NCBI GenBank assembly: GCA_030390025.1
Contig: CM059432.1
Coordinates: forward strand, 16,866,001 to 16,930,000
Direction of reading: 5' to 3'
DNA from: Squalus acanthias
Taxonomy: Eukaryota
DNA: 64,000 nt
The position numbers and the translations under genes are program-made. Shown one piece after another: positions 22,091 to 36,030 of this stretch. The stretch's first letter is position 1, and each line of letters opens with the position of its first letter. The notes beneath the pieces are model-generated. The model did no database searches. It was given only the letters and a program-made list of their open reading frames with translations, and was not told where the DNA came from.

Positions 22091-25000
22091 ATAAGTGTAG
22101 ATACGACTTAGGTACGGATCGGAAAATGCTAGACATCCTCCATACCTTGCCCAAGTAGCCATAACTTGTGAGCCTCGACAAAGTGCGTCAGCAGGATATT
22201 CAACAGAGAGGGAGGGAACCGCAGCTGAGGCAGTTCCTGCCATCAACCAATATTCACATGTGAACACTTCTAATGGGGACTTCTCAATATCAGGAAATCT
22301 ATTACACACCTGCTGCAGATTTTGTTCATTTCTAATTATAACTATTCTATAAACTTCAGAAAGTGTATTCAGCTGGAAGAGAGATACATGCAGCCGGGGA
22401 GTCTTTCCTCATGTTAATTTAAATTCTTTAAAAAAAACTTGTTGAATTTTGAAAGCAAACAAAACTTCTAATGATGACTTGTTTAGTAGATATAAAATGT
22501 AAATCATTGAATTTATGACACCCATGAGACACAGAGACAGACAGCATACTGAACCCCATATTTCACCCCCTCCAGGTTTTGCAAAACTTAAGGTTCCCTT
22601 CCACAGTAATGACAAGCCAAAAGAACCCACCCCCAATAGCAAAACCCCAGCAGCCTCACGGCAGTGCTGTAAAACTCCAGGACCCCCAACTCAGTTCTGC
22701 CATTTCCCAGGACCATCCCCTATTGCTACACAAGCTCAGTACTAGCCCCAGTGCAGCTAAATCCCACTCCCATACCCAGCACTGCTAAATATTGGGGTAG
22801 AATTTCTGCAAAGGCTATGGCAGGAGATTGGGTCCCCGCAAAATTTACTGACATATTTAACTCCAATTGGTGCATTTTGCATACCATCTTGCTGTATTTC
22901 TCAGCTGTAATACTGGCAGGAAATTTAAAAAACATAAGTCAAGGAATTTATATATAAAATAAAGGCCACTCATTTATGTTTTTCACAGAATAATAAACAG
23001 TTGGGGAATTCAGTGCTCAAAGCATCAGCAAAAATCCCAGAATACTATTTAATACAAATAGCATTGAAATCAGTGGCTGTGTTATCCCCTGCAATGCATA
23101 AAACACCCCTATTATTGTAAAACAGATTAGAAGTAACAACATGGAAGATTGCTAGTTATTTCAAATAAAAACAAATATGGAGTCCAGAGCTACCGTGTAA
23201 TTTAGGGTTGACTGTTTTAAACTGACCACATTTCACGATTATGGTTCAGGATGCCACATGAACTTCTTGATTAGATTATAAACTGGTAACTCATTTTTTT
23301 GGAGGCACAATTTTTTGTTACTCTTCCTAATGATAACAGCAGCACTGGGGAGGCCTCTGCACCATTAAAACAACTGTTTTCTAAGGTAACCGCTAAATGC
23401 AGCTTAAAACCTCAAAAGGAACAAACATAATTGAAGCTGCTGTTGGAGGTGCTTCATTTTCCTGGTAAGTTGAAGCAGTTGGCCTTTATGAAATTTCCCA
23501 GCCTCTGGAAGCAGATACACAGTCACAAAATATGTTTAAACATTAGAGCACATGCATATATCAGATTTTTCTTGCATATGCTATGTGCAGGTATCAAGTG
23601 CTTTAAAACCAGCAAGAGTTGAGTTTATGACAGATGCTACCAATTTCATTTATTCACTGCAATTTTGTGCTTCAGAAATGAAAACAGCCAACAGGAATTT
23701 AGTAGCACCCTACAAAGGTGTACTTATTATCCATGAAAATGTTTTGTTCAGGAAGGAAGAGCGAAATAACAGCAGAGCAGTGCGTTATTTTCATTTGGAT
23801 GGCAATTTCAGGTAACATAATTCTAACAGACAGTGCAGCCTTGAAGTACTAAATTTTGGCAAACCAAACACCTCCATAAACGGCCCATATCTTTAATAAA
23901 ACAGTATGGAATAATACTCAAATATATGCACGTGTGAATTCACCCAGCTGCACTCACCCATTCCTGGTCCACTCCCACTTAACAGGCTGCTAGGTGAAAA
24001 CTAATTAGTCTTCCAATGAGGCCTGACAGATTCCATGTCACTGCCTCCAGTGGCATAGGGAGCAAGAGCACCAACAGTTCAAGGCCTGTCTCATACAGAC
24101 CAGGGTATTAGCCCACCAGCACAGGATAGTCAGAATTGGGAGGGGCTGGACATATCCATACCACATATCCCCAAAACAGTCAGGCCAGTTTTCAAAAGTA
24201 CCGATACAGTGCTAACAGTTTGGGGAAGTGAAAGGAGATGAGAGTGTGAATTGCTATCTTCATATATTGGAAATTTCGGCCAGTCCCTTCAATTTCACGT
24301 CATGGACCTTCCACTGTACAACATCATATCATGCTTACAAAGTTTTGCCAAACACTATGAAGATGGTGCCCTTTTCAAAGTTTGATGATACAACAGCATT
24401 TTCAAACCCCTGGTCATAATCTCTACTTATTTAAGGTGCATTTACATTACACAAGACCCACTTTAGTGTGGTTAGCTTCTGAAATGCAGTTCTGCAGCAT
24501 TGTCTGCAAACTGAATGTAAAACTGCCAGGACAAAAATAGCCCAAAAGACCTGTGGCCTAGAAGACTCACCGCTGAACTGCACTGAACTGAACTCTTACC
24601 ACCCCTACTCCCAAGCAGGTGTTAGAACACACATCAGAAGCAACAAAGAGTCATTAATTCCAGCTACTCCATCAGGTTAAAGAAGTCAACGAATGCTAAC
24701 GGAGGTGGTTGCTAGATCAGGCAGGATAAGACTATCCAGGATCTATCTGCTGGCATACATACAGATGAGAAAGTGGAAGCTGATGGGATCTGGCTAGGGT
24801 GAGATGCAACAGTAGGAACTATGTTCGAGGGGTAGTTTTGATTCCAGGGTGGAGGGGGTGATGATCTGGAAACTTGAAGAACCAGCAGCAATATGGTGGG
24901 GTGGAATGAGAGGAATAGGGTAAGAAAGGCAGCTCGGGTTTGAGGACTTGGTCGTTGAATTCTCAGAAACACAAGATCACTTCAGTGGGCCTACTGATGC

Positions 25001-28000
25001 ATAAAATTTAAGAGGCATTAAGAGACAATAACCTAATCAATGAATAGAACAGCAAAAATTACTGTGTTTAAGGCCCAAGTAATAAAATAAATACAGCTCT
25101 AGAAACAGAGCAATATAGAAAACGGAGACTCACCGAAAGACACGCTGGCTTGTAATGGGGAAAGTTGATTAAAGGATTTGCAACATGGAACAGCAATGTT
25201 TATAAGAAGGTACGCTTTTTCACAATTGTTTAAATTTTGTATGTTTAAGATGTTACTAATTTTAGTTTGGGGTGGGGGCTGAATACACATTTGTAATGTT
25301 ACCCTGGATCCAATCATAGGTAGGGAACAGGAAGAGGAAGTTATTTCAAGCCAGTATTTGGTTAAGTTCAAAAGCACACCACTAATCTTCAATAGCAACA
25401 AAAGATATTCAGATATGACTAAATAGCAAAAAGTTCCATACATTACACATACTGTGGTTCCCTCCCCCATCAAATCAACCAGCCTAAAAGCTGCTTTATC
25501 ATTGCAGACGCATTGTTGCCATATCTCTCCCACACACAAGGAATCAACCATTTTAAAGTCCTTTTCACATTTCAATTCTAAAAGCCTGAATCCAGCTATC
25601 CCTGCTGGTGTAGTTTTAACGAAAATCTTCATGCCCCTTTTACAGCCACCAAATGGCATTCTTCTAAATTTAATTCAAAATAATACAATTTTATATAGAT
25701 ATATAGATTTTAAATCCTAAAATAAATACTAGGGTCTGAAAAACATTTCTATGACAATTACCAAAAAAAAATGTTCTGCCAGTAATATTTGTGCTGCAGT
25801 GCTATATAGCAAACAACTAATAAAATCAAAAGGATAAATTTTTTGAAAATAAACAGTAGAAACTTTCCAAATTTTCCTCCATATAACTGGTAACCTCTAA
25901 AGTTAAACCAACAATGTAGCCAGAAAGCACATGACAACTTAACTCACCATAATATTTAATATTCAGCTTCCAATTAAGAAAATCTTCCATATAAACAAAG
26001 AAGTCTGCCCAACTACAACAGCTCTACGATACTTATGATGCAATTTCCGTAATGACTGTCTCAGAATAGCAGCAAATCAGCAGCACATCAGCAATTCAAC
26101 TAAACACAGGGGGAAAGAAGGGGAAAATGGCTCTAGCCCTGAATTAAAGCGCCGACTTGTCTGCACTGTGCTATAGAGTGACGCGAGTCTTTTGTTGTTG
26201 CACAGCACCCAGAAGCCTCACATCAGAAACAATATACATCAATCACTGCTGCCCACAAGCTCCAACAGACTAGACAATTTTGTCTCACAGATGGGTACGA
26301 TCCTTATAATTTAATCCGCAGTAGAAAATTAAGCAGCAGTTGTGTTGGTAATGATTAGTTCAATTGTCTAGACTCTGGAATACAATTTCAGTCAAAGATG
26401 TGATTACTGCATTAAAATTCAATAGTGGGACCACATTCCTTTTTATAAAAGGCTGTATTTATATTCTTGGTATTTGTAATGCAATAGATTTAACTATCAA
26501 AAAAATTCTAAATATACATTAGCAGATTTCAACTCTTGATATAGTGTTAACTGATGATATAGGAGGTGCTTTTGAAACCTGAAAATGTCTTGATAATATA
26601 TTTATTTTTTGAACACGCTACACAAACAAGATTAGAACATTTCAGGGTTATCACTGGAATATAATCAGGCTGATAAATTAGGACAATGCATACTTAAAAG
26701 GAACCCTTTACATAGTGTCCTTTGTCTAGATCTCCTTCTTCAAAGTCATAATCATGTTGTCACCACCTCACTGTTTATGGTTCATGTATTTTTGTAACTT
26801 TCCCTCTGGCCCACGTATCCCAGGGGTCTACATAGTAATGTACCAGCTGAGCCCCACATAAACAGCCTCTCTGACATTGTAGTAACATAACAAATTATAC
26901 CATGAACACAAAGTTCAGACAAAGGCATCCCAATGAAGATGCATCTCTCATTTGAAGCCTGCACTGGCCTCAAAACATTAATTTGTCAAAATATTACAGT
27001 ACATTTACTTGATTGTGAAATATGTAAATATATAATCAGTCATAATGCAAACACTGGACTTATTTTTACAATTACTGAAATATTCAAATCTGACATTTGT
27101 TCACCACCTTGTTAGAATACAGAACAGTGAACATAGCACATGCTGCATGCAAGCAACAGCTAAATTTAGATTGTTACTTTCTGCCAGCACGCACCAAGCT
27201 CGCATACAATAATCTAGACTAAAAATACATTTTACTGTTGATATTACAATGATGACATGTCATCTTTCGTACAACAGGACCTAAACAAGTGGATTAAAAC
27301 ATGTGCATTGGTAATGAAAGTCACGATTCATACTCGATATTTCTATCTTTTGAGAACTCCTGGTGTCCTGCATCAACTCAATGGCTGAGAGGTTTATTCA
27401 ATATCTTCAGCAGAACCCTCAAACAGCAATTAGGTGATGCACGTGTGGCCATGCATTTCCCGTTCTTTCCTACTCCATTGAAATTGAGCTTGGACAAATA
27501 TCAAAGTTTGGCCTATCTAGTGAGGGGAGATGCTTCCCCAAAGCTGAAGATAACATCAGTAAAAGAGGGATACATATCACTTTTTTCAACAAAAAACAGA
27601 GGATAGAAGAGAATGAAGACTACAGTGATACTAACTCTGCCATTCATTTGTAATAGCTGTACACAGATGCCACATGGTCTCCTATTCCATGTTGTGAAAT
27701 AAAACCTGCAGTACCGTACAATAGAATTTCAGTTCAGATCATGGAGGTCTCTTAGAAAAAGCTAAAAATGGAATTCAACTGCTCCCCCACAAGCTACACT
27801 TCTATATATTGTAAAAAAAAAAGCTAGCTATGCTGCGCTTTAAGAACCAACACATTCTGTAATAAAAAGTACTGATGTTTTGTCTTGTATCGAATGTTTG
27901 TTGTATATGCTACATGACTTCCAATCACCAGAGGATATCCGTGTTACAATGACACCAATATTCAAATTCCAATCTTGCTGTTTATATCATATCACCCCTT

Positions 28001-28393
28001 GACACGTTCCTATATTGTCTGAAGTGCGCTATCAAATGTAAAACAACCCCGACGAGGGAGGAGGCATTGCTGGATCTGGTTCTGGGGAATGAGGTAGGTC
28101 AAGTGGAGCAAGTGTCAGTAGGGGAACATTTAGGGAAGAGTGATCAGTGATCATAGTATAAGGTTTAGATTAGCTATGGAAAAGGATAGGGAGCAATCTA
28201 GAGTAAAAATGTTTAACTGGGGGAAGGCCAATTTCAGTGAGATGAGAACGGATCTTGCCTGGGTAAACTGGAATCAAAGATTGGCAGGCAAAACTGTAAT
28301 GGAACAATGGGCTGCCTTTAAAGAGGAAATAGTTCAGGTACAGTTGAGGTACATTTCCACTAGGGGGAAAAGCAGGGCAACTAAAGTCAGGGC

Positions 28394-30211
28394 CCTGACA
28401 TTGTCATTAAACCTGCTGACAAGGGTGGCGCTGTTGTTGTTTGGCGAACCGACCTCTACCTAGCGGAAGTTGAACGCCAACTCTCTGACACCTCCTCCTA
28501 CCTCCACCTGGACCATGACCCCACTACCGAACATCAAGCCACCGTGTCCAAGACTGTCACTGACCTCATCTCCTCTGGAGATCTTCCCCCCATGGCCGCC
28601 AACCTCATAGTTCCCCAACCCCGCACAGCCCGCTTCTACCTCCTTCCCAAGATCCACAAACAGGACTGCCCCGGTAGACCCATCGTTTCAGCCTGTTCTT
28701 GCCCCACGGAACTTATCTCTTCCTATCTCGACTCTATTTTTTCTCCCCTTGTCCAGTCTCTTCCCACCTACATCCGCGACTCTTCCGATGCCCTCCGCCA
28801 TTTTAACAGTTTCCAGTTTCCCGGCCCCAACCGTCTCCTCTTCACTATGGACGTACAATCCCTCTACACCTCCATTCCCCACCAGGATGGCCTGAGGGCG
28901 CTCCGCTTCTTCCTTGAACAGAGGCCCAACCAGTCCCCATCCACCACCACCCTCCTCCGCCTGGCTGAACTTGTTCTCACATTGAACAACTTCTCCTTTG
29001 ACTCTACCCATTTCCTCCAAATTAAAGGTGTTGCTATGGGTACCCGCATGGGTCCTAGCTATGCCTGCCTTTTCGTGGGATATGTGGAACACTCTTTGTT
29101 CCAGTCCTACTCGGGTCCCCTCCCTCACCTCTTTTTCCGGTACATTGATGACTGTATCGGTGCCGTCTCCTGCTCTCGCCCTGAACTAGAACATTTCATT
29201 CACTATGCTTCCAATTTCCACCCTTCCCTCACCTTCACATGGTCCATCTCCGACTCTTCCCTTCCCTTCCTCGACTTCTCCATCTCCATCTCTGGGGATA
29301 GGTTATTGACTAACATTCACTACAAGCCCACCGACTCCCACAGCTACCTGGACTACACTTCCTCCCACCCCGCCTCCTGTAAGGACTCTATTCCATTCTC
29401 CCAGTTTCTCCGTCTCCGCCACATCTGCTCTGATGATGCCACCTTCCATACCAGTGCTTCTGACATGTCTTCCTTTTTCCTCAACCGAGGATTCCCCTCT
29501 ACCGTGGTCGACACGGCCCTCGACCGTGTCCGTTCTATCTCCCGCACATCTGCCCTCACCCCTGCCCCTCCCTCCCGGAACCACGATAGGGTTCCCCTTG
29601 TCCTCACCTTTCACCCCACCAGCCTCCACATTCAACGGATCATCCTCCGCCATTTCCGCCACCTCCAGCGTGATCCCACCACCAAACACATCTTCCCCTC
29701 ACCTCCCCTTTCAGCATTCCGCAGGGACCGCTCCCTCCGCGACACCCTAGTCCACTCCTCTACCACCCCCAGCACCCCTTCCCCTTCGCCCGGCACCTTC
29801 CCGTGCACGCGCAGGAGATGCAACACATGCCCTTATACCTCCCCTCTTCCCACTGTCCAGGGCCCCAAACACCCCTTCCAGGTGAAACAGCGATTTACTT
29901 GTACTTCCTGCAATTTAGTATACTGTATTCGCTGCTCACGATGTGGACTCCTCTACATTGGGGAGACCAAACGCAGATTGGGTGACCGCTTCGCGGAACA
30001 CCTCCGTTCAGTCCGTAAGGGGGACCCCGAGCTCCCGGTGGCCTGTCACTTTAATTCACCGCTTCACTCCCACTCTGACCTCACCGTCCTCGGCCTATTA
30101 CACTGTTCCACGGAAGCTCAGCGTAAGCTCGAGGAACAGCACCTCATCTTTCGTTTAGGCACGCTACAGCCCTCTGGACTCAATATCGAGTTCAACAATT
30201 TTAGATCATAA
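28394..30211 (+). CDS. Penelope/Neptune RT + GIY-YIG endonuclease, 5'-truncated but uninterrupted (605 codons)
   Basis: Frame is open from PDIVIKPADKGGAVVV through YLLPKIHK, PGRPIVS, TMDVQSLYTSIP, GVAMGTRMGPSYA, RYIDD and FLD. Then the linker CTRRRCNTC..FTC and the endonuclease NLVYCIRCSRCGLLYIGETKRRLGDRFAEH..HF..E..GLN. Confidence 0.93.
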   Translation, partial: PDIVIKPADKGGAVVVWRTDLYLAEVERQLSDTSSYLHLDHDPTTEHQATVSKTVTDLISSGDLPPMAANLIVPQPRTARFYLLPKIHKQDCPGRPIVSACSCPTELISSYLDSIFSPLVQSLPTYIRDSSDALRHFNSFQFPGPNRLLFTMDVQSLYTSIPHQDGLRALRFFLEQRPNQSPSTTTLLRLAELVLTLNNFSFDSTHFLQIKGVAMGTRMGPSYACLFVGYVEHSLFQSYSGPLPHLFFRYIDDCIGAVSCSRPELEHFIHYASNFHPSLTFTWSISDSSLPFLDFSISISGDRLLTNIHYKPTDSHSYLDYTSSHPASCKDSIPFSQFLRLRHICSDDATFHTSASDMSSFFLNRGFPSTVVDTALDRVRSISRTSALTPAPPSRNHDRVPLVLTFHPTSLHIQRIILRHFRHLQRDPTTKHIFPSPPLSAFRRDRSLRDTLVHSSTTPSTPSPSPGTFPCTRRRCNTCPYTSPLPTVQGPKHPFQVKQRFTCTSCNLVYCIRCSRCGLLYIGETKRRLGDRFAEHLRSVRKGDPELPVACHFNSPLHSHSDLTVLGLLHCSTEAQRKLEEQHLIFRLGTLQPSGLNIEFNNFRS

Positions 30212-30393
30212 CCTCAGCTCCAATCACATTTATATTTTATTTTATCCACCCTTTTATTTGTCCCCCCCACCTTTTTTTTCCTCCTAGAAGCTGGCAGCTG
30301 TCCTCCATTCTGCCAGTGGATTTCACACTTCATTCAGCCTTAATCTGTCACATTAACACCACCTCTAGCCTTGCATATCTCTTAATGTCTCTT
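28394..30393 (+). mobile_element. Penelope-like retroelement, Neptune type (family A), truncated at both ends
   Basis: RT + Cys linker + GIY-YIG ORF. The partial 3'UTR is homologous to 36800-36980 but stops before the hammerhead. Confidence 0.93.
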
Positions 30394-33139
30394 CTGGATG
30401 ACGAAAGAGATAGAGAATATGATGAAGCAGAAAAAGAGCGCGTGTGCCAGATGTCAGATGGCAAATACATCTGAGAATCAGGCTACATATAGAAAGGTCA
30501 GAGGAGAAGTGAAAAAGAAAATAAGAGGGGCAAAGAGAGGGTATAAGAATAGAATGGCAGCCAACATAACAGGTAATCTAAAAGTCTTCTATAAGCATAT
30601 AAATAATAAAAGGGCAGTAAGAGGAGGGGTGGGGCCGATTAAGGACCAAAAAATAGACTTATGCATGGAGGCAGAGGGTATGGCTGAGGTACTTTGCATC
30701 TCTCTTCACCAAGGAAGAGGATGCTGCCATAGACACAGTGAAGGAGGAGGTAGTAGAGATACTTGATAGGATAAAAATTGATAAAGGAGGTATTAGAAAG
30801 GCTGGCTGTACTTAAAGTAGATAAATCACCAGGAGCGGATGGGATGCATCCTAGGATGCTGAGGGAATTGAGGGAGGATATCGCGGAGGTACTGGCCATA
30901 ATCTTCCAATCCTCCTTAGATACGGGGGTGGTGCCAGAGGACTGGAGAACTCCAAATGTTACACCATTGTTCAAAAAAGGGTGTAAAGATAAACCCAGCA
31001 ACTACAGACCAGTCAGTTTGATCTCGGTAGTGGGGAAGCTTTTAGAAACAGTAATCAGGGACGAAATTATCACTTGGATAGGTGTGGATTAATTAAGGAA
31101 AGCCAGCATGGATTTATTAACAGCAAATCGTGTTTAACCAACTTGATTGAGTTCTTTGATGAGGTAACAGAGAGGGTTGATGAGGGTAATGCAGTTGCCG
31201 TAGTGTACATGGATTTCCAAAAGGCGTTCGACAAAGTGCCACATAATAGGCTTGCCAGCAAAGTTGAAGCCCATGGAATAAAAGGGACAGTGGTAACATG
31301 GATACGGAATTGGCTAAGTGACAGTGAACGGTTGTTTTTCGGACTGGAGGAAGGTATACAGTGGCATTCCCCCAGGGGTTGGTTCTAGGACCACGGCTTT
31401 TCTTGATATATATTAATGACTTGGACGTGGGTGTACAGGGCACAATTTCAAAATTTGCTGATGACACAAAACTTGGAAATATAGTGAACAGTGAGGAAGA
31501 TAGTGATAGACTTCAGGAAGACATAGACAGGCTGGTGAAGTGGGCGGACACGTGGCAGATGAAATTTAACACAGAAAAGTGTGACGTGATATATTTTGGT
31601 CGAAAGAATGAGGAGAGGACATATAAACTAAATGGTACAATCCTGAAGGGGGTGCACGAACAGAGAGACCCAAGGGTATATGTGCACAAATTATTGAAGG
31701 TGGCAGGGCAGGTTGAGAAAGTAGTTAAAAAGGCTTACGGGATCCTCGGCTTCATAGAGGTATAGAGTACAAAACTGTGGAAATTATGATGAACCTGTAA
31801 AAAACACTGGTTCGGCCCCAACTGGAGTACTGTGTCCAATTCTGGGCACCACACTTTAGGAAGGATGTGAAGGCCTTAAAGAAAGTGCAGAAAAGATTTA
31901 CAAGAATGATTCCAGGAATGAGGGACTTCAGTTACGTTGACAGACTGGAGAAGCTGGGGTTGTTCTCCTTGGAGCAGAGAAGATTGAGAGGAGATTGGAT
32001 AGAGGTGTTCAAAATCATGAGGGGTCTGGACAGAGCAGATAGAGGGAAACTGTTTCCATTTGCGGAAGGGTCGATAACCAGAGGACACAGATTTAAGGTG
32101 ATTGGCAAAAGAACCAAAGGCGACCTCAGAAAAAACTTTTTTTATGCAGCGAGTGGTTAAGATCTGGAATGCACTGCCTGAAAGGGTAGTGGAGGCAGAT
32201 TCAATCACGGCTTTCAAAAGGGAGTTGGATAACTATCTGAAGGAAGAAAATTTGCAGGGCTACGGGGAAAGGGCGGGGGAGTGGGACTAGCTGAAGTGCT
32301 CTTGCAGAGAGCCGGCACGGGCTAGACGGGCCAATGGCCTCCTTCCACTCTATGATTCTATGAAATTATGTTGAAGTCATTTCTTGTAAAGATAAAAATT
32401 TTACTTTCTTGGCTTAGAGATGAGCAACTTCTAAATTCCTGTAAAACAAATTATTTAATTGAATTGTTTTGTTGACGTTATCCCTTCCATTGTCCTCATC
32501 GATCACCTGGGGAGATGGTGCAGTTACAAAAGTCTTGTCTTCAACTGCTATTAACGCAATATAACCAACCAGTAGGAGGTGCATCTGGGCAGGGGTAAGT
32601 TGATTTTGAATTTTCATTTGCTTGCTCCACTGCTGCCTGTCACGCAAAAAGATCTCACTTCAGAGTTATTTGCCATAAACAGAGACAGAAAAAACATGTT
32701 AAGTAAAATACAATGCAAATTATAATACAGCAGAGGCAGATCGAAGTTGTGACCGGCAGTCCTTGGATTCATGATCATCATCTGGTGATTGGAAGTCATG
32801 GAAGCAATGCTAAAACAAACATTTGGGGCAATACAAAACCTCAATATCCTTTATTACAGAATGTTAAAATGAGGCTTGTGACATATTGCCCTTTAAAGCG
32901 TGACGAGCAAACGCTCAATACGTAAAATTGCTCCCTTAGCCCGCTCCAAAATTGTAAGTGAAACGAGGCATGGCTAATGAGTTAATACTAGTTCTCTGGC
33001 AAGTATGAATAAAGTTTTAACTCACAAGGACTACAAGTGGAAAGGAACTATGAGTATCTTTCATTTAAATGAAAGAAGCTTCTTGATTTATGAAATAATC
33101 TACTTCATTGTTAGAAATTTGAGTCTGCTATAGAAACCT

Positions 33140-35450
33140 TCTTTGCCATTTTCAACGGAGACCGTAGTCTCTGCTGGGTCGTCTAGACTCCAGTATCTGG
33201 TCTGCTGCGGAGTCCTTAGTTTTCTGCTCCTCTGCTGGGAATTTTTCACTCTACACTGAGCTAGCTCTGAACTGTTTCAGCTGGTTCCCATATTTCTCCA
33301 TTGCTGCCAAATGACCTTTGCTCTGCCACTTTCCCTCTACTTCCCACTGTGGCCGACTCCATTCATCCCTTCGCTGGTATACTGGATCCATCACCATCAT
33401 CATCGAGGTCACTACTCACCTCCGCTGGACCCCTGGATCAACCTACACCGGCTCATGGTCAATTCTTCGCACCTCGGTGGCTATTTCTGTTCCATGGAAA
33501 TACTGCGAGCAGTGCGTCCACTGATACTCTGCCCTGCAAACAGCTCCTGGACTCGCTCGCCCTCCACACCTGTTCCGACCTAGACATCAGTTCATCGGTG
33601 CTCCAAGCCAACTTCATCCCACCATGGAACCTCTGACTGACTTTGGACTCCTACCTATTTTCCATTTACAAATAGGACACATCTATCCGAATCCTAATCT
33701 TTTCCATGTCTGTGTAACTTGAGTTTCCGTGTCCAGTCACTTGCGCATTTTGGCTACCACTCCGGACGCAAGCCCATTACTTCTATCTCCCTTTTTCCTT
33801 ACTCTCTCTCTACCCTTTGAGCCCTTACCCGCACCCCCCCTTCCCATTACCCAGTCGTGGCTCCTTTCATTTTTCCCCTCGGGTACATTGCACCCCCGCC
33901 CCCCCCCCCCCACACCAATCCTTACCCCAACCCTTCACTATGCCTCGATCTTCAATCTTTACTATCGCCATCCCAGGCTTGACTCACTCTTGGATAAGTC
34001 CACAGCTTCCTTCTGTTGCTTTTCTCAGCATTCTCCAAACGGCCCATCAAAGCACTCATAGCTGCCCCCTTACTAGTAGCAACCCCAATTGCCCCATCCT
34101 ACCCTCTTGCTGACCTTCCCACCCAGTGTGCCCGCTGGGGGCAAATCTTGCCAACCTCTTTTCCCGTCTCATGCATCCCTTCCACCGCTGACCCCATGAC
34201 TCTGCCAGTGGAGCAACAATCACTGTTCCTCTCTGCATCTTGCACCAGAATGTTCGCTCCTGGTCATCCATGACCTTATTGTGAATGATTGCATCAACAT
34301 CATGGCTTTGCAGAAACTTGTCTCACGGGTGATGACATCTTCCCTCTTACTGAAGCCTCCCTGCCTGGCTGTACCTTTCATGACCTTCCCCGCCCAAATT
34401 GTTGCGGTGGTAATGTGGCCCTCATCATTAAATCTCACCTTGATCTGTCCCCAACTCCTATGGCACCTTCTGCTCCTCTTATTCCACCCCTCTTATCTCT
34501 CCCTTAAAATCCTCATTCTCTACCCCACCACCCAAGCCCCACAACATGTTTTCACCAAGATATCCTCACTGCTTTCCTCCCTCAGCCTCTACATCGAACA
34601 ATTTCTCAACCTCAGTGATTTCAATCTCCATCTCAACTGACATTGCCCTTTCTCCTCCCTTAAACTCTCCCTCCAATAAACTCTCCGACCCATTCTTACA
34701 GCCACCCCCTTGAACTCCCCATCTCACAGCCTCTCGATTCCATCCCCCTCCCTGACCACTGTCTCAGACTGAACCAGATGGTTCGCACCCTCAGCGTCCT
34801 ATTTGACCCAGAGTTTCCGACCAAAAATCCTCTCCATCACAAAGACCATCCACCTAAAGCCAGTCTTACCCCTGCCTCAATCGATCTGCTGCTGCAACCC
34901 TCATCCATGCTTTTGTTACCTCCAGACACCACTATTCCCATGCTCTCCTGGCCAGCCTCCCCTCTTTAACCCTCCATAAACTTGAGCTCATCCAAAATTC
35001 TGCTGCCATATGCTAACGCGCGTCAAGTCCCATTCAACCATCGCCCCAGTGCTCGCTTCCGATCCACCAACGCCTCGATTTTAAAATTCTCATCCTCGTG
35101 TTCAAATCCCTCCTTGGCCTCGCTCCACCCCATTTCTGTAACCTCCTACAGCCCTACAACCCTCCGAGAACTCTACATTCCTCCAACTCTGGCATCTTGC
35201 GCATCCCCCACTACCTTCGTCCCATCATTAGCGGTCATGCCTTCAACCATCCAGGCCGTAAACTCTGGAATTCTCTCACTAAACCTATCCACCTCTCTGT
35301 CTTCCTTTAAGACACACCTTAAAATCTACCGCTTTGACGAAGCATTTCGTCACCTGTCATAATGTCTCATTATTTGGTTGCCGTCAATTTTGTCTGATTA
35401 CACTCATGGGAAGCGCCTTGGGACATTTTACTATGTTAAAGATGCTATAT
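33140..35450 (+). mobile_element. L2 LINE with large internal deletions (5' region, EN start, 3' end)
   Basis: EN remnants near 34270-34430 (DLIVNDCINIMAL..ET.LTGDDIFPLTEASLPG.TFH..PRPN..GG.VALIIK), L2 C-terminus FKSLLGLAPPHFCNLLQPYNPPRTL, and tail. The 5' boundary is uncertain. Confidence 0.7.
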
Positions 35451-35684
35451 ACACACACACACAAAGTTGTTACTTTGTCTGTTGTGATGCTGTGATTTCA
35501 GCTGTGAATGATAGTTGCAGAGGTCTTTGTCAGAACTAGTATTTTTAATTAGAAACAAGATAAACTTCTTCATTTGGAGACAGAATGCAAGAGTCCAAAA
35601 TACAGACTGCACAATAGAATCTCTCAATGCTGCTCAGACATCTGGCATCAGAGGTGTTTCTATAGGAAGTGTGTCAGAGGTACA

Positions 35685-36030
35685 TAGGAACCATAGGAGA
35701 CCATTCAGCCCCCACTAGCGAAAAAGGTTTCTCTCGATCTATTCCTTTCAAAATCCTAAAAACCTCAATCAAATCACCCATTAACCTTTCTATATTCCAG
35801 GGAATACTAGCCTAGTTTATGTAATCTCTCCTCATAATCGAGCCCTGGGAACATTCTGATGAATCTGCGCTGCACTCCTTCCAAGGCCAATATATCCTTT
35901 CTACGGTTTGGTGCCCAGAAATGTACACAGTACTCCAGCTGTGGTCTAACTAGGGCTTTGTATAGCTGTAGCAAAACTTCCTCTCCTTTATATTCTAGCC
36001 CTCTACATATACAAAGCTAACATTCCATCC
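35685..36030 (-). mobile_element. CR1 LINE 3' fragment with deletions
   Basis: CATAGGAACCATAGGAGACCATTCAGCCC tail and CTGCACTCCTTCCAAGGCCAATATATCC. Confidence 0.75.

Larger units (their letters stand above)
28047..32363 (+). mobile_element. 5'-truncated CR1 LINE (end of EN, RT, 3'UTR), frameshifted, interrupted by a Penelope-like element at 28394-30393
   Basis: Motifs PTREEALLDLVLGN, KSPGADGMHPRMLREL, NYRPVSL, SQHGF..SCLTNLIEFFDEVT, YMDFQKAFDKVPH, PQGLVLGP and KFADDTK. Tail CTCTATGATTCTATG. CR1 text resumes at CTGGATGACG (30394). Confidence 0.92.

Noticed and set aside
25099..25659. 186-aa minus-strand ORF in unique DNA
   Set aside because: No recognisable domain, composition typical of AT-rich non-coding translation, and no convincing splice sites.
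28688..29826. Several long ORFs antisense or out of frame to the Neptune ORF
   Set aside because: Shadow frames of a C-rich intact coding sequence.
33140..34270. Cluster of overlapping Pro/Ser/Leu-rich ORFs
   Set aside because: C-rich sequence leading into an L2 endonuclease remnant, best explained as a decayed L2 5' region.
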